A stretch of 64,000 bases of DNA from an uncultured bacterium (GTDB taxonomy: Bacteria > Verrucomicrobiota > Verrucomicrobiia > Verrucomicrobiales > DEV007), in the NCBI GenBank assembly GCA_963977015.1, contig CAXBMO010000004.1:256001-320000 (forward strand), in the 5' to 3' direction. Made by a program: the position numbers and the translations under genes. This document shows positions 17,788-27,356 of the stretch, one piece after another. The number at the start of each line of letters is the position of its first letter. Positions within the stretch are counted from its first letter, which is position 1. Below the pieces are notes generated by a model. It was given only the letters and a program-made list of their open reading frames with translations, was not told the origin of the DNA and did no database searches.

Positions 17788-20307
17788 CTATTCGGCTTCC
17801 GCAACGACGGGAGCACGATCCGAAGCGGTGCGAAAACCGACCCACAGATTCCACTCGCCGGCTTCCTTCGCAAATCGTCGCGTGCTCAGTTCCAGCTGGG
17901 TCTTGTCCCGAAAAGATCCGCCACGCCGAATCGGAACCTGTTTGCTGGGATCATTGGGATGGGGCTCCCAAGTTCCGGTCCACTCGCTCACGTTCCCGGC
18001 CATCCCGTAAATGCGATAGGGACTCATATCTTCGTCCATCACATCAACACCGCACCAAAAGTTGAATCCGTCCCGCTGAGGCGCCCTCTCTTTTTTCTCA
18101 ACCGGCTCTCCATCAGCTGGCGCGACCGGCTCGGGCTCTTCGGCAGCTTCCTCCATCGCTGCGGCGGGCTTGGCTTCGGTGGACTCGGTCATGCCGCCTT
18201 CCATTCCCATGCCACCACTCTCCATGCTTCCGCCTTCCATGCCTCCTTGCATTCCACCTTCCATGCTATCCATCCCATCCATGCTGGCAGCTTCCATTCC
18301 TCCATCCATGGACGGCTCCATCGACTCATCGTTTTCAGGCGCATCTTCCCCTCCGGTTTCGGTTCGCTTTTTCGCTCCTGGAGCGACGTAATCGATGCCC
18401 GAATTCAGCTTGGAAAAATCCATCTCATTTCCCCAGGGGTAAATATTCCCCTTTCGTCCACGAGCTGCTTTTTCCCATTCCTGCTCGGTCGGCAGCCTCC
18501 TCCCTTTCCACGTTGCATAGGCGTAGGCATCCCACCAATCAACCATCACCATCGGGCTGTTGAGATCGACATCGATGAAATAAGTGACTTCTCCATCCAC
18601 GATGGGCCACTTCCGGCCTTCCTGCGCGTATTTGTAGAACGTGTTCCACCCCGCAGGCATGTGAGACATTTTGTAGGAAGGCTGATTCGCATGATCATAC
18701 TTCTTGCGCAGCTCTTCATCCAGCAGGCTCACGTGCTCGAGAAACTCCGCATACTGCGCAATGGTGACTTCGTAGGCATCAATCCAAAATTCTCCGGTTT
18801 TCGAGGTAATCCCGTCCTGATAAATAAACGGCCCGGCCGGAATTCGGACCATTTGCTCTTGAACTCGAACCTTGGACTTGGTTGCGGCTTTGAAGAGTTG
18901 GGCTCCCAGCGCAATCACTCCAACCAAAACGACCAAGGCACCAAGCACGCCTCCCATGTAAATCGCTGCGCGTTTTGGCGTAATCCCGCCACTCATCTCC
19001 TTCCACTGATTCTCAATGTATTTGATTTCGGAGAGCAAATCCGACCACGAATCAATTCCTTCACTATCCTCAGCCGTTCCCGCCATCTCGTAAAAAAGGG
19101 TTGGAATCGTCTCGTTCACCTTCGTGTCTTCATCCATGACCGGATGACAACTCTTGGCCAGATTCTTGATCTGATCAGACTGTCGCAGGCGATTTTCCGG
19201 CTTGTCCATCTGCACGGTATTGCCGAGGCGAACCGATCCGTCCTCGCAAACAAAAATGTGCTCCGGCCAGATGGGGAGATAAGCCAATTCCGCATCGTAG
19301 AGATAGCTGTAAGCCTGCGCGGCTGACTTCACGACCCCCAAAAGCTCTTCCTCTTCCAAGGTCTTTCCCGAAGCCGCCATATCGGCCAAACTTGTCCCAT
19401 CAATCAATTCCTGGGTATAAAACAGGGCGCTGTCGGTCTCCATCGATTCAAAGACCGATGCAATCTTCGGATGGCTCACGGTTGCCTGTGCTTTGGCTTC
19501 CGCGCGAAACTGTTCCTTGGCGGACTCCGAAGCCATGAAGTCGGGACGAAGCATCCGCAACCCAACGCGCCGGTCGACGGAACGCTGCAAAGCGACAAAG
19601 GAATCGGAAGTGGTCCCCCGGTTGCGGAAGTCGAGCAGCTCGTAGTCGCCCAACACGGTGCCGACCGCCATTGGTGGAGGCAGTTCTCCGCTGGAGGCCG
19701 GAGGCTGGGGAGTTGCCGACGGTTCCGGCTGATATTGCGGAGTCGCCGGTGGTTCCGGCGGAGCTGGTGGTGCCGGCGGCTGCTCGGGCGGAGCCGGGCT
19801 TGTCGCTTCTACAGGAGGCTCCGGAGGGGCAGGAATCTGGGTCGGCTCCTGTGCTGCGGAAACAGCGGCCGCACTCGGCGAAACCTGGACCGGAGCGGTG
19901 AGGTCGAGATTGGGTGCGACCGCCTCAGAAACTGCTGAGTTTTTCTTCTTTCCAGGAAACACCCGATCCAGCCAGTCAAAGAGCGATTGATTGTCGAGCG
20001 GCTTGTAAAAAACCGCCTCCTCCTTTGCCAACTTGTCGTAATGGCTGCTCAAATCCAGGCGGGTCAGAAAAATCACCAACACATTCGGAAAGCGCTCCTT
20101 AATCTTCGTCCTCGCGTCCAGGACGGGATCCACCCCCTCAGCGGGAATATCGGCGATCAACACATCGACGGCATCAAGCGCGTTGGCTGTTTCCAAAGCC
20201 GAATGCGGAGATACACTCGTGAACAAGGTGCAATCGAACGTTTCGACCAGCGCGTCGGCCAGGTTCGTGCGATCATCTCCGTTTTCGTCTAGCAGCAGCG
20301 CAATCAT
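17788..20307 (-). CDS. receiver + pseudo-Ser/Thr kinase + TM + FGE/SUMF1-fold protein
   Basis: REC domain (LLDE, IADI, FLT, KP), Pro-rich linker, degenerate kinase fold and a TM. FGE-fold motifs EVTIAQY, RLPTEQEWEKAARG, YPWG, MAGNVSEW, RGGS and GFR. Confidence 0.85.
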   Translation of the reverse strand: MIALLLDENGDDRTNLADALVETFDCTLFTSVSPHSALETANALDAVDVLIADIPAEGVDPVLDARTKIKERFPNVLVIFLTRLDLSSHYDKLAKEEAVFYKPLDNQSLFDWLDRVFPGKKKNSAVSEAVAPNLDLTAPVQVSPSAAAVSAAQEPTQIPAPPEPPVEATSPAPPEQPPAPPAPPEPPATPQYQPEPSATPQPPASSGELPPPMAVGTVLGDYELLDFRNRGTTSDSFVALQRSVDRRVGLRMLRPDFMASESAKEQFRAEAKAQATVSHPKIASVFESMETDSALFYTQELIDGTSLADMAASGKTLEEEELLGVVKSAAQAYSYLYDAELAYLPIWPEHIFVCEDGSVRLGNTVQMDKPENRLRQSDQIKNLAKSCHPVMDEDTKVNETIPTLFYEMAGTAEDSEGIDSWSDLLSEIKYIENQWKEMSGGITPKRAAIYMGGVLGALVVLVGVIALGAQLFKAATKSKVRVQEQMVRIPAGPFIYQDGITSKTGEFWIDAYEVTIAQYAEFLEHVSLLDEELRKKYDHANQPSYKMSHMPAGWNTFYKYAQEGRKWPIVDGEVTYFIDVDLNSPMVMVDWWDAYAYATWKGRRLPTEQEWEKAARGRKGNIYPWGNEMDFSKLNSGIDYVAPGAKKRTETGGEDAPENDESMEPSMDGGMEAASMDGMDSMEGGMQGGMEGGSMESGGMGMEGGMTESTEAKPAAAMEEAAEEPEPVAPADGEPVEKKERAPQRDGFNFWCGVDVMDEDMSPYRIYGMAGNVSEWTGTWEPHPNDPSKQVPIRRGGSFRDKTQLELSTRRFAKEAGEWNLWVGFRTASDRAPVVAEAE

Positions 20308-20452
20308 AGGTGAATTGTCAGAATCAAGAGTGAAGAAAAGGCGGTCGGACGTAGCAAGGGAAGCCTTTTCTTCAAAGCAGCAACACTAGCGCATTCCATC
20401 TTCCCTATCAACGCATCGTTCCCAGGCGAATTCTTTGTGCAGGGATGCGAAA

Positions 20453-21550
20453 CTATTGGGGAAAAAGACTGCTTCCCTGATAGGGAATTTGATCGGGTGG
20501 TTGTTCTCCACTTCGCAAGAGTTTGCGGGGGCTCGCAACCACGTCCTGAAGCACGTCCCGGTAGTAGAGTTCCACCACGTAGCCGAAATACTGTCGTTTC
20601 CCCAATGCCGCTTCCTGATCCTTGGTCAACGTCTTGAGGAAATATTCGACTTCGATCACCTCCTCATCCCCGTCCTTCCAATCATAAGGAGAAGTGATGA
20701 GCCGCTGCGTCATTTTCGCGACCGTTTCTTCGTAGCGGCTCCCACTTGGAAACTCCGCAAGATCGTAGAAGAACACGTAGAGATACATTTGCTCTCCATC
20801 GAGCTTGGACTGCGTCAGCGCTTCCGTATGAATTCGCAGAATCACTTTCTGCCCGTCTCCGGACTCGAGGCCACGCGCCACATGTCGGCTGATCTTGAGC
20901 TGCGTATCCACGTTCGACGCATCTTCGAGCGAATGCCCTTTCAGCGCCATGTCGGCAAGATCCCAATACGCGCCCGCCGCCGTTGATCCCATGTGATGGA
21001 CCCGCTCCCAGTAGCTCGTTGCTTTGTCGACTTGGCCAAACTGACTATACGTCGTGGCGAGTTCCGCAAGAATCTTGGGATGCCGCGGCACGCGGGCGTC
21101 CGCTTTCTTCAATTCGGCCAATGCGCCGTTGATATCTCCTTCTTCGCGGAGTTGAAGCCCGCGATCCACCAACCCTTTCGCCTCAGGATCCGGGACGCGA
21201 TGGGCCGGATGAATTTCCTGTTTCCGATTCGGTCTCGGGCCTGGAACCGAAACGGGTTCCGGAACAATCTCCGGTGGCTCGCCGGTTGGCGGAAGCGTTT
21301 CCTGCGGTATCGCCGGAACCTCACTCGAAACCGCCGGCTCGGGAACGGGAATCGGGGGGAGAGTTGGAGCGGGAATGGCCGCCACCAAGGTCGTCGAACT
21401 GGGGGCGAGGCGCGGCCGGCCATCGAACCGGATCAGCATCGCCCACAACACCACGATCATCTGAATCAGGGCAATGACGCCCAACACGCGAAGTGCAATG
21501 CCAAATGTCCGCCCGGTTCGTTCAGGTGCTGTAAGGAGTTTGGCTGGCAT
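20453..21550 (-). CDS. membrane-anchored TPR protein
   Basis: N-terminal TM, Pro-rich linker, TPR-like helices (GDINGALAELKKA...LAELATTYSQFGQVDKATSYW) and a beta-rich C-terminal domain. Confidence 0.75.
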   Translation of the reverse strand: MPAKLLTAPERTGRTFGIALRVLGVIALIQMIVVLWAMLIRFDGRPRLAPSSTTLVAAIPAPTLPPIPVPEPAVSSEVPAIPQETLPPTGEPPEIVPEPVSVPGPRPNRKQEIHPAHRVPDPEAKGLVDRGLQLREEGDINGALAELKKADARVPRHPKILAELATTYSQFGQVDKATSYWERVHHMGSTAAGAYWDLADMALKGHSLEDASNVDTQLKISRHVARGLESGDGQKVILRIHTEALTQSKLDGEQMYLYVFFYDLAEFPSGSRYEETVAKMTQRLITSPYDWKDGDEEVIEVEYFLKTLTKDQEAALGKRQYFGYVVELYYRDVLQDVVASPRKLLRSGEQPPDQIPYQGSSLFPQ

Positions 21551-21558
21551 CGGCGCGG

Positions 21559-21587
21559 ATTTTACGGGAATGGCAGGCAGGTGTCAA
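21559..21587 (-). promoter_or_regulatory. near-consensus sigma70 promoter, probably leaderless transcript
   Basis: TTGACA (21587-21582), 17 nt, TAAAAT (21564-21559), 8 nt, ATG (21550). Confidence 0.75.
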
Positions 21588-21730
21588 CTCGAGCGCAAAA
21601 GCCCTGAGATCGTCGTTTCCCACCCTTCTGACGCCGTTTCCTCAAACAAAAATCGCCTCCCGTGACGTTTTGGTGTTTATTATTAGCCCGCTCTCGCTGG
21701 AATACCCTCCTCTTCCGAACCTCCTTTCTG

Positions 21731-24595
21731 ATGAAAACCATATTCTCCGCATTTTTGCTGATCGGCCTCTCTCTCCTCAACCTCCACGCTCAGAGCTCAA
21801 ATTCGACATCAAGCAGCTCGAAAATTGAGTTCCCTCCTTCAGAAAAATTCACCGAAGGATACGAGAAAGTCGTTTCAACGCTCGATGGCCAAAAGAGCTT
21901 TTACACCATCTGGCGCCGGAAAAAGGATCAACAGCTTCTCGCCGAGCTTCCCAAGAATTTCGCGAATCAACGTCACTACATCGCGCTCACCGTCGCGAGC
22001 GGCGATTCCTACGCCGGCCTTCAGGCGGGCGACGCCTACGTTTACTGGCGCCAGTATGGCAAACGCATCGCGCTGATTGAGCCCAACCTGGAAGTTCGCT
22101 CAACCGGCGACAACGAGTCCAAGGCCAGCGTGAAACGCCTGTTCACCGACAAAGTGCTGCTCGATATCCCGATTCTGGCGATGGTGAAAAATGGCGGGCC
22201 GTTGATCGATCTCGACGCCCTCCTCATCGAAAACGCAGGCAAATTCTTCGGACGAAAAGCCAACGGCCTCAAAAAGGACCTCATCGCGATCAAAACGGCG
22301 AAAGCCTTTCCGGAGAACGTCGAGATCGGCCTCGAAGTTCCAGCTGCGGATGGCCAACTGCGCACGTTTCACTACTCCATCAGCCTGATTCCCGAGAACA
22401 AGGACTACAAGCCGCGCCGCGCGGATGAACGGGTCGGGTTCTTCACCACGACCTATGTCGACTACGGCAAATTCAAGGAAGACGAGACCGTCGTTCGCTA
22501 CATCAACCGCTGGCACCTCGAAAAAGCGGATTCCAGTCTCAAGCTGAGCCCGCCCAAAGAGCCCATCGTCTTTTACATCGAGCACACCACTCCGATTCGC
22601 TATCGCCGCTGGGTTCGCGAAGGCATTCTCATGTGGAACAAGGCGTTTGAAAACGTCGGCCTGATCGATGCGATCGAAGTTCGCCAGCAGGACGCCACCA
22701 CCAAGGCGCACATGGAAAAGGATCCGGAAGACGTGCGCTACAACTTCGTGCGCTGGCTCAACAACGGAATCGGCACCGCGATCGGACCAAGCCGCGTCAA
22801 TCCCAACTCCGGACAGATTCTCGACGCCGACATCATTTTGACCGACGGCTGGATTCGTCACTTCTGGACGCAGTATCACGAAATCCTCCCCGGCGTGGCC
22901 ATGGAAGGTTACTCGCCCAAAACGCTGGCGTGGCTTCACCAAAACCCGAAGTGGGATCCGCGCGTTCGCCTCGCCGCGCCCGAACTGCGACCCGGCCTGA
23001 TTGAGGCCCGCGCCACCCAACCCATGCCGGAACTCGGCGGCCACGCAATCGCCCAAGTCGATGGCGAAATCCTCGGCGATCAGGAGTTCGACGGCCTCAT
23101 CGGCAAGCCCGTGCAGAAGAACGGCCTCTGTATGGCTGCCAACTGCAAGTCTCATGGAATTGGTCTCATGCAGATGCTGATGGCTGCGAAAGTCGCGGAG
23201 GCGGCTGCGGAAGAGTCCCACGACGACGACAACAAGAAAGATCCCAAAAAAGAGGACGAAGAAGAGAAGAAGAAGGACGAGGAAAAACCCAAGGAACCCG
23301 AGGTGAATGAAGACGGCGAACAGCTGATCGACGGCATTCCGGAATCCTTCGTTGGTCCCCTGCTCGCCGATCTCGTCGCTCACGAAGTCGGCCACACCAT
23401 TGGTCTTCGCCACAACTTCAAGGCGTCATCGATTTACACGATCGAAGAGATCAACAGTCGAAAAGTAGCCGGCAAATCCGCCATGACCGGCTCCGTCATG
23501 GATTACATTCCGGTGAATATCAACGCGCAGACCGGCGAGATCCAGGGCGACTTCGCCATGATCGATGTTGGTCCCTATGACATGTGGGCGATCGAATATG
23601 GCTACACGTTCAACGACTTGAAGCCGATTCTGGCACGGGTTGGTGAACCTCAACTCGCCTACGCGACTGACGAAGACACCTTCGGCCCCGACCCTCTCGC
23701 CCGGCGCTACGATTTCGGGAAAGACCCGCTCACGTTCGCCGAAAACCAGATGCGGTTGGTAAAGAAGAATCGCGCAGTAATTCTCAATGGCTTCGTCAAG
23801 GACGGCCAAAGCTGGAGCAAAGCCCGGCGCGGCTATGAACTGACTTTGGCGGTGCAAACCCGCGCCCTTGCCATGATGGCCAACTGGATTGGCGGCACCC
23901 ACGTGTATCGCGACAAGAAAGGCGATCCCTCCAACCGCGCCCCGCTCGAAGTCGTTGCCGCGAAGAAGCAGCGCGACGCCCTCAAGTTCGTCATGAAAAA
24001 CGGGTTCGAAGAGTCCGCCTACGGCCTCACTCCAGAATTGCTTCGCTACATGACCATCGACAAATGGTGGAACGAGCCTCGCGGCCGCTCCAGTGCGATG
24101 CAAAATCCCGCCTGGCCCGTACACGACAAGGTCCTCGGCATTCAATCCTCGTTGTTAACCAGCCTGATGCGCCCGGAAACGCTCGAGCGCATCTACGACA
24201 ACGAGTTTCGCGTTCCCGCCGATGAAGACGCCTTCACCATTCCGGAACTTCTCGACCAATTGCGCGACGGGATCTGGGGCGATCTCCAAGCGCTGCTCAA
24301 AGACGACGCCAACAAGTTCTCTGCTCGCAAGCCGGCGCTTTCCAGCCTGAGCCGGAACCTGCAGAAGGAATACATCGATCGCCTCATCGATCTCTCCAGC
24401 CCGGAAAGCGGCCTCAGCATTGGCGAGCGCCCCATCCAGGATCTCGCGGCAATGCAGCTTGGAGAAATCCGCGACCAAATTGACGCCGTCAAAGCGGATC
24501 CCCGTTTCGACCCTTACTCCAAAGCTCACCTTCAGGAATCCAGCAAGCGCATCACCAAAGCGCTCGAAGCGAATTTTGTTGTGGAAGTACGGTGA
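21731..24595 (+). CDS. secreted zinc metalloprotease (EcxA-like / DUF5117-DUF4953 metzincin)
   Basis: Signal peptide, DERVGFF, INRWHL, PIVFYI, GQILDADI, HEVGHTIGLRHNF, Met-turn SVMDY and YDMWAIEYGY. Confidence 0.9.
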   Translation: MKTIFSAFLLIGLSLLNLHAQSSNSTSSSSKIEFPPSEKFTEGYEKVVSTLDGQKSFYTIWRRKKDQQLLAELPKNFANQRHYIALTVASGDSYAGLQAGDAYVYWRQYGKRIALIEPNLEVRSTGDNESKASVKRLFTDKVLLDIPILAMVKNGGPLIDLDALLIENAGKFFGRKANGLKKDLIAIKTAKAFPENVEIGLEVPAADGQLRTFHYSISLIPENKDYKPRRADERVGFFTTTYVDYGKFKEDETVVRYINRWHLEKADSSLKLSPPKEPIVFYIEHTTPIRYRRWVREGILMWNKAFENVGLIDAIEVRQQDATTKAHMEKDPEDVRYNFVRWLNNGIGTAIGPSRVNPNSGQILDADIILTDGWIRHFWTQYHEILPGVAMEGYSPKTLAWLHQNPKWDPRVRLAAPELRPGLIEARATQPMPELGGHAIAQVDGEILGDQEFDGLIGKPVQKNGLCMAANCKSHGIGLMQMLMAAKVAEAAAEESHDDDNKKDPKKEDEEEKKKDEEKPKEPEVNEDGEQLIDGIPESFVGPLLADLVAHEVGHTIGLRHNFKASSIYTIEEINSRKVAGKSAMTGSVMDYIPVNINAQTGEIQGDFAMIDVGPYDMWAIEYGYTFNDLKPILARVGEPQLAYATDEDTFGPDPLARRYDFGKDPLTFAENQMRLVKKNRAVILNGFVKDGQSWSKARRGYELTLAVQTRALAMMANWIGGTHVYRDKKGDPSNRAPLEVVAAKKQRDALKFVMKNGFEESAYGLTPELLRYMTIDKWWNEPRGRSSAMQNPAWPVHDKVLGIQSSLLTSLMRPETLERIYDNEFRVPADEDAFTIPELLDQLRDGIWGDLQALLKDDANKFSARKPALSSLSRNLQKEYIDRLIDLSSPESGLSIGERPIQDLAAMQLGEIRDQIDAVKADPRFDPYSKAHLQESSKRITKALEANFVVEVR

Positions 24596-24842
24596 GATTT
24601 CCTCAGGTTCAGATTCGAATGGAATACCGGAATCAATAGCCAATCCCTGACTTACGATCTGGCGAAAAGCTCTTTTCGGATTTCCGCCATATTGCAGTGA
24701 GGCGAACCCATGCGTTGCTTGTATGGTATTTGGAAAATAGGTATCAATCGTTAGCCTTTGGGTTCAATCTGAGAGCCACGAATTCGACGGATCATTGACA
24801 TTCGTTGAGAAATTGGAATTCTGAAGTATTTCGTGAATCGAA

Positions 24843-26294
24843 ATGCCACTTTCCTCCCACAACTCTGGCCTAACTTTGGATGAGATTCGCCACGGCCCTG
24901 AATCCCAATTCTTCGATCGAAAAAGCTGCCGCATCAAACCATCAAAACTAGCGAATCACGTCATTGGAATGTTGAACGCAAGTGGGGGTGTCATCGCGCT
25001 GGGCATCGGGGACGATGGCGAGATTGAAGACCTTCGCGAAATGGAGGAAAACGATCTCGATCAGTTTCGAAAAATTGTAATCGAATTCGTGTCGCCATCA
25101 GCCTTGGTCGAAATCGAGGAGGTGGAACTTGAATCCGGTGAGCTGATTTTCCTCTACCACATCGAGCCAGACTATGAGCGGCTGTTTATGAGGAAGGACA
25201 ATGAGGCGGTATATCTGCGAGTAGCCGATAGCTCTAACGGACCTCTCAATCGCGAACAGGTCCGAAAATTGGAGTACAACAAGCCGATTCGATCCTTCGA
25301 AGATGAGCAGCGGCCCGATTTTGATCCGACCGATTTGAGGAATTCGGTTTGCGACTACTATGTCACCAAAATGAACTACGCCGGTTCCTTTGAAGATCTA
25401 GCCGTAAAGCGAAACTTGGCCGTGCAAAATGGGAAGCAAATCGTTTACAAGAATGCAGCGATTCTCTTATTTGCCGAGGAACCCAGCAAATACATTCCAA
25501 ACGCTTTAGTTCGGTATGTTCGCTATCGTGGAACCGAAAGCCGTACCGGAATTGAGTTCAATGTGGTTAAGGATGAGCGCTTTGACGAGTGCCTGCCGCG
25601 CCAGATCGAAGTTTTGCAGCGTTACATTGACGCCACTTTTCGAGACTACTATTTCCTTGATCTCAAGGAGGGAAAATTCACAAAGGTTCCCGAGTATCCA
25701 CGTGAAGCCTGGCTAGAGGGAATCGTAAACGCGTTGTGTCACCGCTCCTACAACCTGCAAGGGAACTCGATTTATTTCAGGCACTTTGAAGACCGAATCG
25801 AAATTTCCAACAGTGGTCCACTACCAGCACAGGTAACGATTGAGAACATTCAGAGGCAACGCTATTCTAGGAACCCCCGTATAGCGAGAATGTTGTCCGA
25901 GTTCGACTATGTCCGGGAACTCAATGAAGGAGTGCCAAGGATTTTTCGTGCCATGGCCGAGGGAGAGTTGGCAAGTCCTGAGTACCGCGTCGAAAATGAC
26001 ATCGTGACGCTAACGCTTCGAAATCGCGTCACCGATCGGAAGGAGACAATTCACGAAGATGTATTGAAAGCTGTCGAAGAGGGATGGAAGGACTTTGCAA
26101 CCTCTCAGCGTGCTATTGTCCATTTCTTGTTCCAAAACCATGAAGCCACAATTGACACCTTAGCAGAAAATCTTGAATTGAGCACGCAGACCGTTCGTAA
26201 CCAACTCAAGAAGATGGAATCGCTGGAAATCGTGGAGAGGTTAAGCGCGAAAAAGCGGGACAAATTTGCGGTTTATCGATTTAAGCACAAATGA
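24843..26294 (+). CDS. AlbA_2 (Schlafen-like) + HATPase_c_4 + C-terminal HTH protein
   Basis: ESQFFDRK...NASGG (AlbA_2), EGIVNALCHRSY, SRNPRIA, ELNEGV, and a C-terminal HTH (TIDTLAENLELSTQTVRNQLKKM). Confidence 0.85.
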   Translation: MPLSSHNSGLTLDEIRHGPESQFFDRKSCRIKPSKLANHVIGMLNASGGVIALGIGDDGEIEDLREMEENDLDQFRKIVIEFVSPSALVEIEEVELESGELIFLYHIEPDYERLFMRKDNEAVYLRVADSSNGPLNREQVRKLEYNKPIRSFEDEQRPDFDPTDLRNSVCDYYVTKMNYAGSFEDLAVKRNLAVQNGKQIVYKNAAILLFAEEPSKYIPNALVRYVRYRGTESRTGIEFNVVKDERFDECLPRQIEVLQRYIDATFRDYYFLDLKEGKFTKVPEYPREAWLEGIVNALCHRSYNLQGNSIYFRHFEDRIEISNSGPLPAQVTIENIQRQRYSRNPRIARMLSEFDYVRELNEGVPRIFRAMAEGELASPEYRVENDIVTLTLRNRVTDRKETIHEDVLKAVEEGWKDFATSQRAIVHFLFQNHEATIDTLAENLELSTQTVRNQLKKMESLEIVERLSAKKRDKFAVYRFKHK

Positions 26295-26534
26295 CCGCAA
26301 ACAAAAAAACCTCTTAACTTACTTATAATGAACAACTTAAGTGAGCAATTGGCTGAGTGAGGTGGTATTAACCAAATTTTCTAAAAATTAGCAAACTAGC
26401 CCTTGTTTAAGGAACAACCCTCACCTCAAGCACGGCCAAAATCAGTGCAGTTCGGCCATAAAACCAGACAATCGATGCCTTTCACAACGTTCTCTTCCTC
26501 ATATTTGAATTCCACGCTTAGTAGCTAAAACTCC

Positions 26535-27356
26535 TCAATTCATCACCGCCTCAATCTGCTCCCGCGTGAGCCGCCATTTGGCGTTGCATCGGGGACAGGT
26601 GACGGTGATGGCTTCGTCGCCTTGGAACAATTCGTCCAGTCCCTGGCTGGCGAGCGGGGCGATGGCGGGGTAGATGCGTTCGAGGTTGCAGCCGCATTCG
26701 AACCGGAACTTCCGCGTTTCAAGGAGGCTGAGCGTTTCGTCGTTTTCCAGATTGCGGGCACCTTCGGGAGTGAGCGCTTCGAGCCATTCCTCGTCGCAGT
26801 CCGGTTGCGCACTGATCATGAAAAACTCTTCGTCGCCGAGCTCAAAAATGCGGGCACGGCGTTGTTCGCTCTGCAGGTAAAACGTCTCCACCGCGTCAAA
26901 AACGCGGCTTCCCTTCATCTCGGTCGTGCTTTGGCGCGGGTCTTCATTCTGCACCTTCACCTGGGCGTAAAACAGTCCGTTTTTCGTTTCCCGAACGCCG
27001 TCCGTGAAGACACGACCGGTGACGCTCTCGCCCAAGCTGCTGGCGGTGACGAAGAGATTGGCCAGCGGATTGGGAATGTTAAGCGTCCACGCGTGGGTTT
27101 CCTTCCACGGACGAGTCGTTGCGTGGAGCACCACCGCAGCGAGGCCGTCCTTCAGCATCAGGTCCAGTTCAGGCGGATATTGCACCGCCTGATCCATGAG
27201 ATGCAGATAGTAGTCCACATAGAGCCGCTCGAAGCTGGCGTGAACCGCCAAGGCATTGCGCTCCCGGACAAAGTAGCTGCGAACCTCAATCAGCGTGGTC
27301 GCATCCCGCGCGTCAGGAACGCTTGGCATTTCGGAACTGGAATCAGCTTCTGACAT
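26535..27356 (-). CDS. hslO: Hsp33 family redox chaperone
   Basis: FYLQSEQ and a C-terminal Zn motif CGC...CPRC. The start overlaps the secDF stop. Confidence 0.8.
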   Translation of the reverse strand: MSEADSSSEMPSVPDARDATTLIEVRSYFVRERNALAVHASFERLYVDYYLHLMDQAVQYPPELDLMLKDGLAAVVLHATTRPWKETHAWTLNIPNPLANLFVTASSLGESVTGRVFTDGVRETKNGLFYAQVKVQNEDPRQSTTEMKGSRVFDAVETFYLQSEQRRARIFELGDEEFFMISAQPDCDEEWLEALTPEGARNLENDETLSLLETRKFRFECGCNLERIYPAIAPLASQGLDELFQGDEAITVTCPRCNAKWRLTREQIEAVMN

